From the NCBI RefSeq assembly GCF_036321535.1, contig NC_087437.1, positions 56,050,001-56,114,000 of the forward strand: 64,000 nucleotides of DNA, written 5' to 3'. This DNA comes from Camelus dromedarius (taxonomy: Eukaryota). The position numbers were made by a program, and so were the translations under genes. This document shows, one piece after another, positions 37,469 through 51,072 of the stretch; positions within the stretch are counted from its first letter, which is position 1, and each line of letters opens with the position of its first letter. The notes beneath the pieces are model-generated. The model saw nothing but the letters and a program-made list of their open reading frames with translations, searched no databases and was not told the origin of the DNA.

Positions 37469-38482
37469 TTTTTCTCCCACCTCATTTCTAATACACCTAC
37501 AAGAAAACATGGGTCACTAACTTGACAGTCTGCATCTCAAAGACTGCCAAACCCTGGATTCTACTACACAAAATCTAACCGTATGCTTATTTGTTAAAAT
37601 AAACATAGAAGAAATTTTCTGGTTGATTGCCTTCAAAGTAGATACCCTGGATGCCATATGCTGATCCCATTTATGATACCAATGTTTCAATGTTTTGAGA
37701 AGGATTTGTAGAGAAAATCTGGATATTGTTTTAAATTAAAACTGAATTTTTACTCCAAAAGGGGCCTTCCTTAACTTATTTTCCAGAACCAACTTCAAAT
37801 GACGCTTAGATGTTTCCTGGAGTCAAGTGCACTTTCAAAAGATAAAGAATCACTCTCGTTAAAAATATTGCAGTGACTGAAGCCAGTCTCCTAAGAAGTC
37901 AGAGGCTTTACTTTTGATTTGTGAATAATTATTTCATATATACTAACATTACTGTTTTTAAATGACATCACTTTAATTTTTGCAGTATTTGACCATTTTC
38001 AAAGCCCTTCTACACATGTAAAATGATAGATTCTGTCTCCCCATCTGGTCTAGTCTCCTGGGCATTTCCTATACTAGGGCTTTAGGTTATATTGCAAAGC
38101 AAGGGAAATTCAAAATCTCACTCGGCTACTAAGATTGCTTTTAGTGAACCAAAGGCAATCTGCTTCCCCACATCCAGGGACGGGGTACTCCAAACGAATC
38201 CATCCCTCCTCTTTATCCACAACCCCCGTTGATCTCCCTCAATGCAAACTTAAGGGGAGGAAAACTATTTTATTAAAGCAATATACCTTTCTGGAGGCAT
38301 CACTGCACTTTGAGAGATAAACTTAACCAAAATAGTTCTCAAATTTTGGCATATGTGAAAGAGTTACTGTTGAAGGTCCCTTTCCTCTATTTTTTCCCCC
38401 ACTTCATTCCTGATATACCCACAAGAAAACAAGACTGACTTGCACACTCTGCATCTGAAAGACTGCCAGACCTCAGATTCTA
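37469..38482 (+). repeat. Diverged ~95-bp direct repeat (37469-37563 and 38391-38482)
   Basis: Hand alignment about 80% identical, e.g. ACAAGAAAACA and TCTGCATCT-AAAGACTGCCA in both copies. Confidence 0.85.
37585..37950. mobile_element. MARNA-like mariner relic
   Basis: CTTCAAAGTAG..CCCTGG..GCCATA...CCAATGTTTCAA and CAAATGAC...TGTTTCC...TCAA...TCAAAAGATAAAGA resemble degraded mariner transposase segments in opposite orientations. Confidence 0.5.
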
Positions 38483-40039
38483 TCGCATGAAATTTCAAAT
38501 TCTCTAGGGATCTGCTTCTGTATTATTGCAGGATAACAGAAAAGAACAGATGAAAATAGGGACTTCTCCTTGTATTACATTCATGGCCTCATTTTAGTTG
38601 GCAAAACTTGTAACCCTTTCCTTGGAAGATTATGCCATGATTGACTAGGGCTTTCAGAAAAGCCTTAAGGACATTAAAAGCCAGAGATAAAACTTTTTCA
38701 TTTATTCATGTTTTTCCTCAGTGACATTCCTTTTAAGAGGGTCTCTCATGTGATATTTTAAGAACAGAACAATAAGGCCAAGTAATGTGTTTATTCACAA
38801 TGTCTTTTTCCCATGAGCATTAATCATAACTTCACAAATTTTCCTGATAACGAAACAGATCGTGATCTGAGGCTTCCTGTCATTCTCAGTCCCACAGTTG
38901 CGTCTGGAACTAAGCCCGTAAATGAAATTCGGTCACTAGCTTTCTGTTGGTGGGGAGACAAACCACACAGCCTCCTTCCTACCACCATGTGCCACGCTCG
39001 TCCAGACCTGCTACCGCCTTCCCTTTTCCCACAAGCACACACTGACCTACAGTTCAAAGGGAAAGTTGAAGAAGTTATCAAGAGCGTCAGTCTCAACAGA
39101 GCCAAGCTCCAATAATTAAACTCATCGATGTTCCAGCATGAGAGCAGCTTTGAAGATCATCTAATGCAGACCCGGATTGGGCTGAAGACCTCCAGGCCTA
39201 GATTGGAAAGTTAACACACAAGCATACAGTGATCTGGTGGCTAAACTAGCAAGGCAATCATACTTTTGTAGACGAAGCTTTTTCCTTGGCAGAAAGACCT
39301 TATCAGGATTGAATTTTGAAATCTTCCTTGCTAAATTTTTAAAATTACCATTAGACTGCAGCCTGTGAGACGCATAGAGGTACTTAGAGTCCTTGAGACG
39401 TTTTGAAACACCTACTCCCACTTCAGCCAGAGCTCTTGGATTTTATTTGCATATAATGCATTAGGGGGAAAAAAAAAGACACAGGGGCTTTAAAACTTTG
39501 AAAAACCCTCATTTCAAATATGCCACATTTCCAACCGACACAGCCTCATGAAAGTCCAGGCAGGATTTGGGGAGAACTTCCTGGGGACAAAGAAAACATG
39601 TATAAAATTTCTCAAGAGTCCCAAATAAAAAACTTCAATGTTGTTCAACTGCACTAGACTTTATACATTGCTTTCGCTTTTACTTTCCATTGCATTTGTG
39701 ATGTGCTCAGATTTCCATGGAAAAGCATATTTATATTTTTTACTTCTAGGCTGCAGGTCAAGGTGTCTAAGGAAACAGAGCATGCTGTAATCAGCAGTTC
39801 TGAATCTGAATCCAGCAGATCTGCAGTCTGAAGATGGATCTAAACACAACGAGGGACCAAGAGTGGACTCTGAACAATAATTTTACATCCAAAAAGCAAA
39901 CTGGAGAAACTTGGGAAAACAGAGACAGAGCTACTGGGTAAATCCAACCAGATTCCTCTGAGAACAGCGGAGACAGGAGGAAGTATCTCTGTATTGAGCA
40001 TCTCTCCGCGATTTCATTTGTTCTTTTCTAGTCTTCCTC

Positions 40040-40900
40040 ATATCATTAAATTCACTAATAGCCACCTGGTTGCTCAAACCAAAATATCTAAAATTATTCT
40101 TGAGCCCTAGTTTTCCTCCTACTCAGTAGCTAATCACTCAGCCTTGTCCATTTAAATTTAAAAATATATCTTTAATCCATTCCCTTTGTCTCCAATCCAG
40201 GCCACTGCTCTAGAGTAAAACACTATAATTCCTCACTTGGTAGACCAAAAATGCCCTCTTTCTGGTCTCCCAGCTTCCATGATTGTCTTCCTCCAATTTA
40301 TTCTCCATACGACAGCCAAGATCTATTAAATTCACAAATATGATCATGTTATTCCCCATCTTAGTATTCTTCAATGATTTCCCACTGCAGTTGAGATAAA
40401 ATGCAAAATCCTTAATTTTTCTACAAGTTAGTACATGATCTAGCCAATGCCAAATTCAGTCTTACCTCTTGCAAATTTCTTCTACTTCCTGCTCTCTGTT
40501 TATACTATACTCTTTTATTTTCTTAAATTTATCCTGAACTTTCAAACCTCAGATCCTTTTCACATGTTACTCTCTCTGTAGAATTCCCCTCGACCCCCAT
40601 TCTTCAGTTACCAACCTAAATGTTACTTTCTCAGAGGGATTTTTTGTGTGTGCTTATAATACAAAACCCCTGTCATGATCTATTGCACAGTACACTGTCA
40701 TTTTTCTTCATGGCACTGACCACAATCTATATATTTCTGTTTGGTTTTTTGTCTTTCTCCTTTAATAAATCACAAGCTTCATGAAGGCAGGAATATTTTG
40801 TTCACTATTGTGTACCCAGCAATTAGGATAGTGCCTGACATATATCAATATTGTCAATCAACTAATTAACTGAAAGAACCAGTGCATGGCTGAATGAAGT
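40040..40900 (+). mobile_element. L2 3' region (~850 bp)
   Basis: CTGGTCTCCCAGCTTCCA, GATCATGTTATTCCCC, AAGCTTCATGAAGGCAGG...TTGTTCACT...ATAGTGCCTGACATA. Confidence 0.85.
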
Positions 40901-40916
40901 AAATAGGAAGCTGGTA

Positions 40917-40968
40917 TATTTAGCTGGCATACACCCTGAAAATATTTAGCTGGTATACACCCTGAAAA
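40917..40968 (+). repeat. 26-bp tandem duplication
   Basis: TATTTAGCTGG(C/T)ATACACCCTGAAAA twice, with one mismatch. Confidence 0.95.
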
Positions 40969-41551
40969 ACCCAGGGAAAGCCTCCTTTTTCAATCCTTAT
41001 GGCCTCTGTAACTTCTATCAATTTCTTTTCATCATCCTTTGTGAGGGCAATAGAAAACAGTTAAGTCCATTCACTTGACAGCATCTCAGATATTTGAAAA
41101 CAACTCTTGTTTTTGAAATATTTTATCTTTAGTAAGATGCATAATAATTGCATAAATGTAATATGTACCTCTTACGTATCTGTTATGTTTAAGGGACTAG
41201 CTTGATTTAATGGAGAATGTAAGCATAGAAAAAAGATCTGTCCTCAAAAAAGACAATTGAGGGGGACATGAAACAAATACAATTCAAAGTAAAATGTAAC
41301 ACGTTTTAAGATACTTTAAAAGACTTTATTACTTCTAGCTTCTGAGAACTTCGTGGAAGAGGTAGAGGTTAACCTAAACTTTGTAGGACAGATAGGATTT
41401 CAATAGAGTGATATGGGGGAGATACAATGGCATTCTAGGGAGAAAAAAAGTATGAAATATGCCTATTTTTAGAAAACACAGAGCATGTTTTGGAAAGAGA
41501 AAGGAGCCCAGTTTTCTTGGAGCATATGTTATTAGAAGCAGCTACTGTCTG

Positions 41552-42119
41552 ACTCAGATATTCCACTCCTAAGTATATAGCCAATAAAAATAAAAATAAA
41601 ACACTAATTCGAAACGATACATGCACCCCAGTGTTCATAGCAGCAATGTTTATAATTACCAAGGTATGGAAGAAACCTAAGTGTCCATCAACAGTTGAAT
41701 AGATAAAGAAGATGAAGTGTGTGTGTGTGTGTGTGTGTGTGTAAGTGTGTGTGTGTGTGTTTAACAGAATAGTACTCAGCTGTAAAAAAAGAATGAAAAT
41801 TTGCCATTTGCAGCAATATGGATGGACTTGGAGGGCATTATGCTAAGTGAAATAAATCAGACCAAGAAAGACAGATACTATATGGTATCACTTATATGTA
41901 GAATCTAAAAAAATACAACAAACTAGTGAATAAAACCGAGAAGTAGCAGACTCACAGATATAGATAACTAGCAGTTACCAGTGGGGAGAGGGAAGGGGGG
42001 GCCTATCTAGGGGTAGGGGGAAAAAGATTTATTATAGGGCTATATGAAACCACATGTGTAAAACTTTTGAAAATTCTAAAACACTAGAATTTTTAAATCT
42101 TCCATTTAATTAAAAAAAA
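41552..42119 (+). mobile_element. L1 3' fragment with internal (TG)n (~41717-41760), inserted in an antisense L2
   Basis: ORF2-end motifs ACATGCACCCCAGTGTTCATAGCAGCA and GCCATTTGCAGCAATATGGATGGAC; A-rich tail. Confidence 0.9.
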
Positions 42120-42404
42120 GCAAAAGATACAGCTGGAAAGGAGGGATGACAGCAAGTTTTGGAGGCCATTGATTCCTTGGATTTAGATTCTGTTTATAGA
42201 GAATTACCATTATTGAAGCAATTGTACATTTAAAAGATTAGACTGAGGCATGAGAAATAATTATAAGTAGGGAGATCTGGACCCCTGGTTGAGGACATAT
42301 TAATGAGATGGTTACTACAATTGCTTAGAAATGATACTACAGGCCAAAAGTAGGATGCGGTGGAGGGAATGGAAAGAAGAGCAACGTTAGTCATCGATTA
42401 TGAT

Positions 42405-42630
42405 AAAACTCAGGCAGGTTCTACGTTCTGTGAGCTTTCTCCAGTGGAATTGAGCCTCGAGTGCACATAGCAGTAAAATGTCCATAACACACCCTCACTG
42501 GCTTCCTTCTCTTTTCTGATTCACTTCTCCACTGACTGTCCAGTTCTTCCTGGAGTCACCTCCCCAGTATGCTCCTTGCACTCACATTCTTGATTCAGAG
42601 TCTGTTTCTGGGAAAACTCAACCTAAGTCA
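42405..42630 (+). mobile_element. LTR16-like ERVL LTR 3' part
   Basis: CTGGCTTCCTTC...TCACTTC...CTTCCTGG..TCACCTCCC...CTTGCACTCA...TCTGTTTCTGGGAAAAC-CAACCTAAG-CA. Confidence 0.7.
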
Positions 42631-44444
42631 GATGATATTAATAGTAATGGAAAACACCAGATTAGGGCAAGTTGAGGGTAGAGGTTGGAAGGAAAGGGTC
42701 AATGTTCATTTTGACATTTTGACTGAAGTTGGAATTTGTATTATTAGCTGAATCAAATCGATGTAAAACAAAGTCTAATTTGAATTGGTAAAATAAGCAA
42801 GTATTTGTAAATGACACCAAATTGTGAGACTTCTGTATCTGCAAATATTTTACATTTGTGTATTCCAATTTTGTTATTGAACATTTTTTCCAGCAAACTG
42901 ATTAAAAATCAAAGCTATAATTTACACATACACCAAATAGCCCAAGCTTGAGTTCCAAAGATCCTCTTAAATGGCTCCATTTTTAATAGAGAAAACAGGA
43001 AAATAAAATTCCTTCCTTTTATTAAACGTATATCAAATAAAACTCCCAACAGAATCAAAGTTAAATATAAAATCTGTGGTTATAAGGGAAAAAATAAAAG
43101 TCAACATTTGATGTATAATTGAGGGTGGAATTTCTGAAACATAAAAACAAATAACTAAGTTACAAAGTAAGAGCTTGATAGATTTAACTACATATATATT
43201 TTTAAAGTATTAAAATTAAATATAAATTATCAACTGTGAAAAAATTTCAATGTATATTATATACAAAGGGCTATTATCATTTATATAAAGAATACTTGTA
43301 AATCAAAATGCTGAATGCTTCAACTCTGGAAAGGCTCTTCCTTTGACCTAGTAATAATACATTTAGGAACTTATTCTAGAGAAAAGTAGTAACATACAGA
43401 AATATGTGTAAGTAAGAATATTCATTGGAGTGTTATATCTAATATTAAGAAACCGAAAATAACCTTTATGTTCATCAATAGGAGAATGTAAGATAAACAA
43501 TAGGGAATGTTGGAATACCACAGTAAAAGCATACATTCAAGGAAATTGGATGACAAGTACCAAAGCTGAGTTAAGAGAAAAGCACAGAAGTATGCATGAA
43601 ATAGTGGTTCCCATCCACCAGCTCTTTTCAGATTCCCTTCTACTGGAGTGTCAGCAGGAAGACAAGGGAAGATAAAGGGTACCACACTTCATAGTGCAGG
43701 GGCTGGTTATCATTCATGGGGTGAATGGTAAGAGCCAAGTATTTCCCTTGGTGATGTCTTTATGAGTTTCATGGACGTCTTTGCTAGATCGTTCATTTAA
43801 ATTACCTGGATAACTCTATTCCAGGTAGCTCTTTGTAATTCTTTCTTCAGCATCTGGTTTTCCAGGTTACATATACAGTCTCTTCTCTGAGATCTTCTTG
43901 CCTCTCCTTTCTCTAGGCAACTCTTTTGGAGAAGATCAGGAAGATGCTTTGCTGGCATTCTCTCATATGACCTTTACCTTGAAAATATTCAAGCATCCTT
44001 TAGCCACTGGGGAGTGATGGATCCCAATGCAGAAGCCCTTTTTGGGCTCTACCTCCTCAAACCAGGTCTACTTTTCCTTTTGAATTCCTTGTTTGCAATC
44101 TGATAAAGCTTTCTCAGGAGAGAGGCAGGTGCAGTGCTTTGTATTACCCAATTTTTGAGAACACATTTCAAAGCTCTTTCAGATATTGGCTTGAAGCCCC
44201 TCTCCCTATGTTTGGGGTAAGACGTTACTGATGTCCCTCCCACAAGATGGGTGAAAATTTAGAGCATAGCATGTTTCCAAAGTAAAGTGTCTGCAAATCC
44301 CCCATCACACTTTCTCTTCCAGTCTTTGCTTCTGACTTGATCTGTTTGAGAGATTCCATAGTCTCCATATCGTTTCATGTAAAAAAGAATGTATTGATAG
44401 AAAGGGGTTTGTTTTACACTTTGGTAACCAATATTTATCTTTTT

Positions 44445-44700
44445 GGCCTGTCAGTCAAAATGAAGACGGGAGATCTCATTCTAATTTCCTGTGTTACCTG
44501 ACCAAGTGATACAGGGCTAATTATTTAACCGCTCTGTGATTTCCCCTTATTAAAAATGCAGAGTAAATGAAGTAATGGGATAATAATAGTGCTTAATTCA
44601 TAGGTTTATTATGATGATTAAATGAGTTAATACATGTGAAGTCTTAAAATATGTCTAATTTGTCATAGGAACTCAGTAAATGTTAGTTGCTATTATTTAC
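44445..44700 (+). mobile_element. MIR SINE, near full length
   Basis: AATGGGATAATAATAGT...TCATAGGTTTATT...ATTAAATGAGTTAATACATGTGAA...CTCAGTAAATGTTAG. Confidence 0.85.
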
Positions 44701-44704
44701 CTTT

Positions 44705-44992
44705 CAAACTTCCAGTGATAAATTAAATAAGTCATGGGGATGTAATGCACAGCATGATGACTATAGTTAATAATCCTCTATTGCATATTTGAAAGTTGTT
44801 AAGAGAGTAGATCTTAAAAATTCTCATCACAAGAAAAAAAGTTTTGTAACTGTATATGGTGATGGATGTTAACTGACCTATTGTGGTGATCATTTTGAAA
44901 TATTTTCAAATATGGAATCATCTTGTTGTATGCCTAAAACTAAATATAATGTTATATGTCAATTATACCTGAAATAGAAAAAAAAGAAAAAA
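44705..44992 (+). mobile_element. L1MA9-like 3' end
   Basis: ATAAGTCATGGGGATGTAATGCACAGCATG...GAGAGTAGATCTTAAAA.TTCTCATCACAAG...TGTCAATTATACCT plus A tail. Confidence 0.85.
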
Positions 44993-47402
44993 ATTAATTC
45001 AATGGACATTTCCCTAATAAGCTTTTCTTAATTTATTCTGTCAGTGTTGCATGCCATCTTCTGTGTTCCCAGGACAACCTAGGTGAGCTTTTTCTCTTTC
45101 TGTTTTCAAATTCATGTATTATGTTCCTATAAATAGATGTTTATATCTATGTCTTTCCCTTTAACTGCTCAAGCCAGGGATTTTGACCAATTCATTTTTG
45201 TTTCCCAAGCATGTTGGATGGATAAACACATGGATATAAGATGACCAGGCACTCAAAAATAAATAGATCAATTTGCTCAATAGTGTCAGTAGATAATCAA
45301 CTTTGCTGAGGTAGATGAATACATGAATAAAGCCTAAACAGCACACAAGCCTCTGAAAGCTCTAAAAGGGCACAGAAATATGCACAGTTTACACATGATG
45401 GCCCCAATATTTTCCTATTAAAGCCATAAGAATTTGTAACAAAAACAGGCTAAGGAAGCATTGGATCCTACTGGATATTTGATGATACCAGGCTGTGTTC
45501 AGAAAGGAAAGCAAATACTTTATAATCATTCCATCTGGTAATTTGTTGAAAAAATATCAGTCAGAAAAATGGAGACAGCCTTTATTCCCCATTGCTATTG
45601 GGTAATTCTAGCTGATCATTACTCTCTAAACCTCAAACAGAGAAAATGGAAATTCACAGCTGAGCAAAGTAACTAAATGATGAAGCTGTTAAGTATTAAC
45701 ACAGAAAGATCTGATAAAATTAGAAATAATTTTTAAATTATCTTGTACTTATAATGACTGTGGATAAGAGACTACAATCAATACAGAGTTACATACAGTA
45801 CAATTCCATTATTTTGCTTTTGATTCATAAATTTTAGTATTAAAGTAATTATTTAAAAATATTATAACGTTAATGGGACTGAAAGGCACCCAAACAGAAA
45901 GAAAATTGATTTCCTTGACATTCAAAAACAATTTAATCATTTTTCAATATTTTTCAATTTTCAAATGGATACTTTATACAATTGTAGAAGGCAGCTGCTA
46001 AACACATTAGCAATTATTAAGAGAAAATAACAGTGAAGAAGTGTTTTGCTTTTTTATGCGTTATTTCTTTTTAAGCCAAAGTATTCCACTTATTTAGTTC
46101 CATCAGATCTGAAACTTGGGAATGTTTTGAGCCATAAAAGAATAAAGTTATATTAACCTTCATAATTCTCTATGAATTCTTCTCCATAGGACGGCTCTAA
46201 GAAATACTGTGGGAGCTATGCTGTAACTTTGCACATGCCCTCCTGTGGAACTGTTTTCTGTCTGCTTCGGTCCTGGTAGGTCCTCTAAGTCCCTGGAAAT
46301 ATCTGGATGGCAATACGGGGGATGGGGAATGGGTCAGACTCATTCTGCCTTTGCCTTGCTATTTGACTTTGAAGCAAGGTATTCAAGTTCAGCCATAGTT
46401 ATAAAATGGGACATTCGTTTAATTATCGGTAAATTGAAGATGAACATGTGTACTTCCCAGGGTTATTTTAAAGCTGAGGGTCAATCTTTATTCAGTGTCT
46501 TAGAAATTCCTACATACCCTGTAACAATAAGATTATTAGGCTAGTAATAGATTTTGATTCCAAGGAACAGAACCTAGTTTAAATAAAGGAGGGATGGGTG
46601 AGCAATACTCTTCATGATGGGAGTGGGGTGTGCCCACTTTTCTCTGTTCTCAGCTTGGGATATACTTGCATATTCAGTCCAGCTCAGGGGGACTCACCGC
46701 TTGACTCAGCAGGTTTAGACACACTTATTTGGTGTGTGAAAACTTGAGAAGCACAAGGAGGGTATTTCATGCACTCACAGTTTTGACTGGATGTTTAAAT
46801 CAGAAGTACGGGCAGAATGAAGTTCCTCCTTACACTAGGGCAGCTCTTCCTAAGTGATCATCAGCTGGCCAAGATGCAGAGTCAGGTCTGTTGAAAGCAG
46901 TTCTGAACCCTTGAATGGTCCTTCCCCCGATCCTTAAGCTCTGCTGGTTTATGAGCCACAGGCCATCTAGGGACCACTCTAAAGGATGGGGCCCGCAAAG
47001 CATCCTAGTCCCCTTTCTGCTCTCATGACCCCTCCTCCACAGGCTCTCTCCTTCAGAAGTTCGCCAGTTTCTTGTCCTGCCTGAGCTTAATAACTAATCA
47101 GAAAGAGCTTAATGGCCAATCAGATAGAGCCTTATGACCTAGCAACACAAAATACAATTTATACCCTCATTAGAAACACAACTGCTCCTCTTTGCCGTCT
47201 GTGAAGACAAAAAGAGTGATTGATTTCCTTCTTTGATACATCAACAGTTGATAACTGGGACTTCTAGATAAAGCAGCAGATTAAGCAAATACATAAAAGT
47301 CCAAAACACAAGCAGCTTCCCTGCCCTGTCACAACATCACAGCTTCAACCAGATTTTCAAGTGAGGGAACAAAGCACTACACTCAGGCTTTACAGGCAGT
47401 GA

Positions 47403-47908
47403 TGTTGCAGCAAAACCAGCCTGTGCACCCTGACAGCCGGATTGAGACTCAGAGGCAGAACTCTGCGAGAATCAGAAAAGAACAACTTTGTTGCTTTGTC
47501 AGGCAAAGGGGAGTCCCAGCAGGCTAGTGCCTTAGGGATTGTGAATCCATTTTGGGATTGGGGGTCTTGAGGTTTTATAGAAAAACTGGGTGGAACAAAA
47601 AAGGTGATAACAGCCAGGGTGTTTTACAGGATGCTACATTCCTCTTAACCTCAATGAATCCTTCTGGCATCACAGAGGAACTCCGGAGGCTCTGTCCATT
47701 CTTCTGAGATTATCAGCCTGTTACCTCCTTCCTGGAGCACAGGCTTCCTGGAGCATAGCCTGGGTTAAAGCTATTCTTGGTAAAGAATGTATAGGGAGTG
47801 GAGAACATAATGGAAAAGTTTGGGGCTCGTTTAGTACAAAAGCAGTAAGGGAGAAAAAGATCAAGAAACAGTTTTAGCATCAGGGAAGCCAGCTTGTTAG
47901 GTTGTTTC
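47403..47908 (-). mobile_element. ERV LTR (antisense)
   Basis: TGTTGCAG terminus, degenerate antisense poly(A) region CTTTGTTGCTTTG..AGGCAAAGG, and antisense TATA (TTTTATAG). No clear TSD. Confidence 0.6.
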
Positions 47909-48888
47909 CTACTCCTTCAGTAGAAGGCCAGGAACTGAGAAGACTGTCTCTCAGAGGCCACCCCATTTTTCCCACTGTTCTTTCTCTCTGCATATTTTTG
48001 CTCCATTTCCCTATTTATTATCCAGCTTCTTTGATATATTCATCTTGCATGTATCATAATCCAGTATGAACATTATTCTTGACTATACATTATGACTTCT
48101 CAGGTCTGGCACCTGCCTTCAGCTGGCAACAGTCTCTGTGTCTCTTAGATCACAGAGACAGTTGGATTAGCCACGATTAGTTATCGACGTCCCTGAAAGC
48201 ACCAGCAAGATAACCTGCTGACCACCAAAGTAAACTCTCAATAAAGGAAAGCAGAGTTTATTGCTGAACACAATATGAGAGCAATATTTTGATATTCTTA
48301 ATTGCATCTCAGAAGAGAGGAATGTCAAGGTGGGGGTATATACGAGGATTTGGAGGTCCAGACTGAGGTAAGTCATTCAGTGCTGGAGCCAACTTGAGAT
48401 TGAACAAGTGTGTGACATAATAGTTTAGGGTGATGGACACAGAGAAGCAAGGGTTTCTTAGAGTGTTGAATAAACAGTCTTCTGATGAGCCTAGTGTTCT
48501 AAGAAGGAATACAAGTAGTTGAACAGTCAGTTGTTCAGTTAAATGGATTCGAGGGATAGTTAATCAAATAAACACTAAAAACTTTATCTTTATGGTCTAG
48601 AGTTTCCCAAAGTCATGCTAATTTAGACAGTAAGCTCTGTATTTTAGTTTTCTGTTCTCAATTCTCAGTGCTGGCTGTTATCAGAATCACTTGTTTTGAG
48701 GGAGGGCATTAAAAAAATACACATCATCCCAAATTGGGACATTTAAATGTATATCTTTAAGGGAGGTGCTTGGGCATTGGCAGAGTTTTTTAAAATTTCC
48801 TGAGTGATTCTAATGTTCAAGCTTGTAGTAAATCAATGATGTAGATCATCCACTGAAGCTTGGCCATGTATCTGGCCACTTAGTGTTT

Positions 48889-49062
48889 GTTCGTTTGTTT
48901 GTTTTTTCATTTATTCTATTTTTGAGCATTTAAAAAAATGTTTTCACATTTTAAAACTTTTATTTATTTTTATTGGGGGGAGATAATTAAGTTTTCATTT
49001 ATCTTTAATTAGGGTACTAGGGATCAAACCCAGGATCTTGTGCATGCTAGCTGGCCACTCTG
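48889..49062 (-). mobile_element. Vic-1-type SINE, 5'-truncated, antisense
   Basis: GGGGGAGATAATTAAGTTT...GGTACTAGGGATCAAACCCAGGATCTTGTGCATGCTA preceded by a T-rich tail. Confidence 0.8.
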
Positions 49063-50261
49063 CTAGCCACCCAGTGGTTTTGCCATATTTAATCAGCTGT
49101 CCGTCAGCAGTGGTGAGGCAGGAGGGATGGGGGAAGCTGAGACATGTGAAATGTAAGATTGCTCCTTCTAGGGACAGTGAGTGTCACAGGTAACTGGAAA
49201 CTTGTCTACTAGGGTATTTATCATTCTTAGGGAGTGCCTGATCTGAGATGAACCACAGTATGTGCACCCCACCCACATTTTTCATCCAGGTGTTAAAAGA
49301 CCAACACCCCTGGAAGTCATAGAGATTTAAATTGCCAGGACATGAGTGTGTCAGGAGCCTGTGTAGGCTGGATACACCAGGCACTATGGTTGCTGTTGAT
49401 GACTAGAGGTGGGTGGAGGCAGCAGAGAGAATCTTGTTTTGTTCCTGGGCCATGGCCCAGGGGCTCCAAAGAACAGACACAGGAAAGATGATGAATCAGC
49501 TAGTCAGTGTGCAAGTGCCAGATTATGGTCAGGAAAAGGCTGTGGGAAACAGCAGGGAGATGAGGAAGTGGGGGAATGGCTAGAAGGCTGTTAGGGCAGA
49601 AAAGGGGTTTGGGAGGAATTTAAACTAGTGTCCCATGGTACTCTTGGTGGAGGAGGTAACCAAAGCAGGAACCAAAGCAGGGACTAGGGAGAGCATCAGA
49701 AAGAATCTGGCCACAGAGAAGCAAAGAAGGAAAAGGAGTCAGTCTAGGGGTAGTTGCTGGTGCTGTTCTGATCTCAGGCTACTTGACAAAGGTAGAGTTG
49801 TAAGGATTATACACAATGACCAACCACAGCTAGCAGGGAATAGAGTGTTAGTAGCAGAAAATGGGAAGGGACAATATTGCAGTGTTTTCTCCAATGTTAC
49901 TGAGCCAAAAGACAAAAATAAAACTCATTATTGTTCTCAGGGAGGGATCTGATGGCGTGAGATCCATGGGGTGACTACTGATGGAGCAGGAAAACCAGAA
50001 GGGAAGAAAAGCAGCCATAATTCTTCTGTTAACAATAAAGCAAATACTAGTTTGGCAACATTATAGAAACACAACTGTGTCATATACTATTAGTTATAAA
50101 ATCTCCTTATAAGAGCAGCTTGGCCTCAGAAAGTGAGCTAACAATGCCACATTCAGGTATAACTCTTAGAGGAATTCTTGCGTCTGTGCACAAGATATTT
50201 ACAAGGATGCTCATAAAATGTTGATTGTAAAGCCCCAAACTAGAAATAGTCCCAACAGATA

Positions 50262-50458
50262 CATGTTACTATGTACAAAATAAACAACAAGGACCTACTG
50301 TATAGCACAGGGAACTCTATTCAATTTCTTATAATAACATATCATGGAAAAGACTGAAATATATACATGTATGTATATGTACAACTGAATCACTGCTGTA
50401 CACCTGAAACTAACATTGTAATCAACTACACTTTAATAAAAAATAAAATTAAAAAATA
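50262..50458 (+). mobile_element. L1 3' end nested in an older L1M fragment
   Basis: AAACAACAAGGACCTACTGTATAGCACAGGGAAC...TGTACACCTGAAACTAACATTGTAATCAACTAC plus A tail. Confidence 0.85.
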
Positions 50459-51072
50459 AGTCATCCCAATGGTCAAAGACTAACTACATTAATTATGGTA
50501 TATTAATATCTGGAAATGCCATATGTAAATTAAAATAAATGACTTTGACTACAAGCATTGACATTTACAGATAATAAGTGAAAAAACAAGTGGTACAGTA
50601 GTATTTAAATATTTTTAAAATATATAGAAGTGTAATATATTTCATTTATTGATACATACATGTATTTAGGAAAGATATAAAAATACAGATTGCATGTACA
50701 CCAGAGCCACAAGAACAACTGCCTCTGGAGAAGGACTTGAGGTCTGGAATGGTATCACTACTTGCTGTGTAATAACTGATTTGTAAAAGTCTGGAACATA
50801 CACATATTGTCAGTTTGGTAGGCTCATGGATGTTGTTTATATTTTCTTTTGGCTTTACTGATCTTAAAATAAACTAACCAAAAATAAATATACAGACAAC
50901 AAAAAGCTCAATCACAAGGTGCTTTTTGCAATATTTGTTGAATTTTATTAATTCAACTTATCAAATACCATATAAGGCATTGAGGATGCAAGGACAATAA
51001 GATTTAGTCCATGCTCCCAAGACATTCACAATATCTAAAGACACACACACACAATTATAAAGGTAAGTATAA

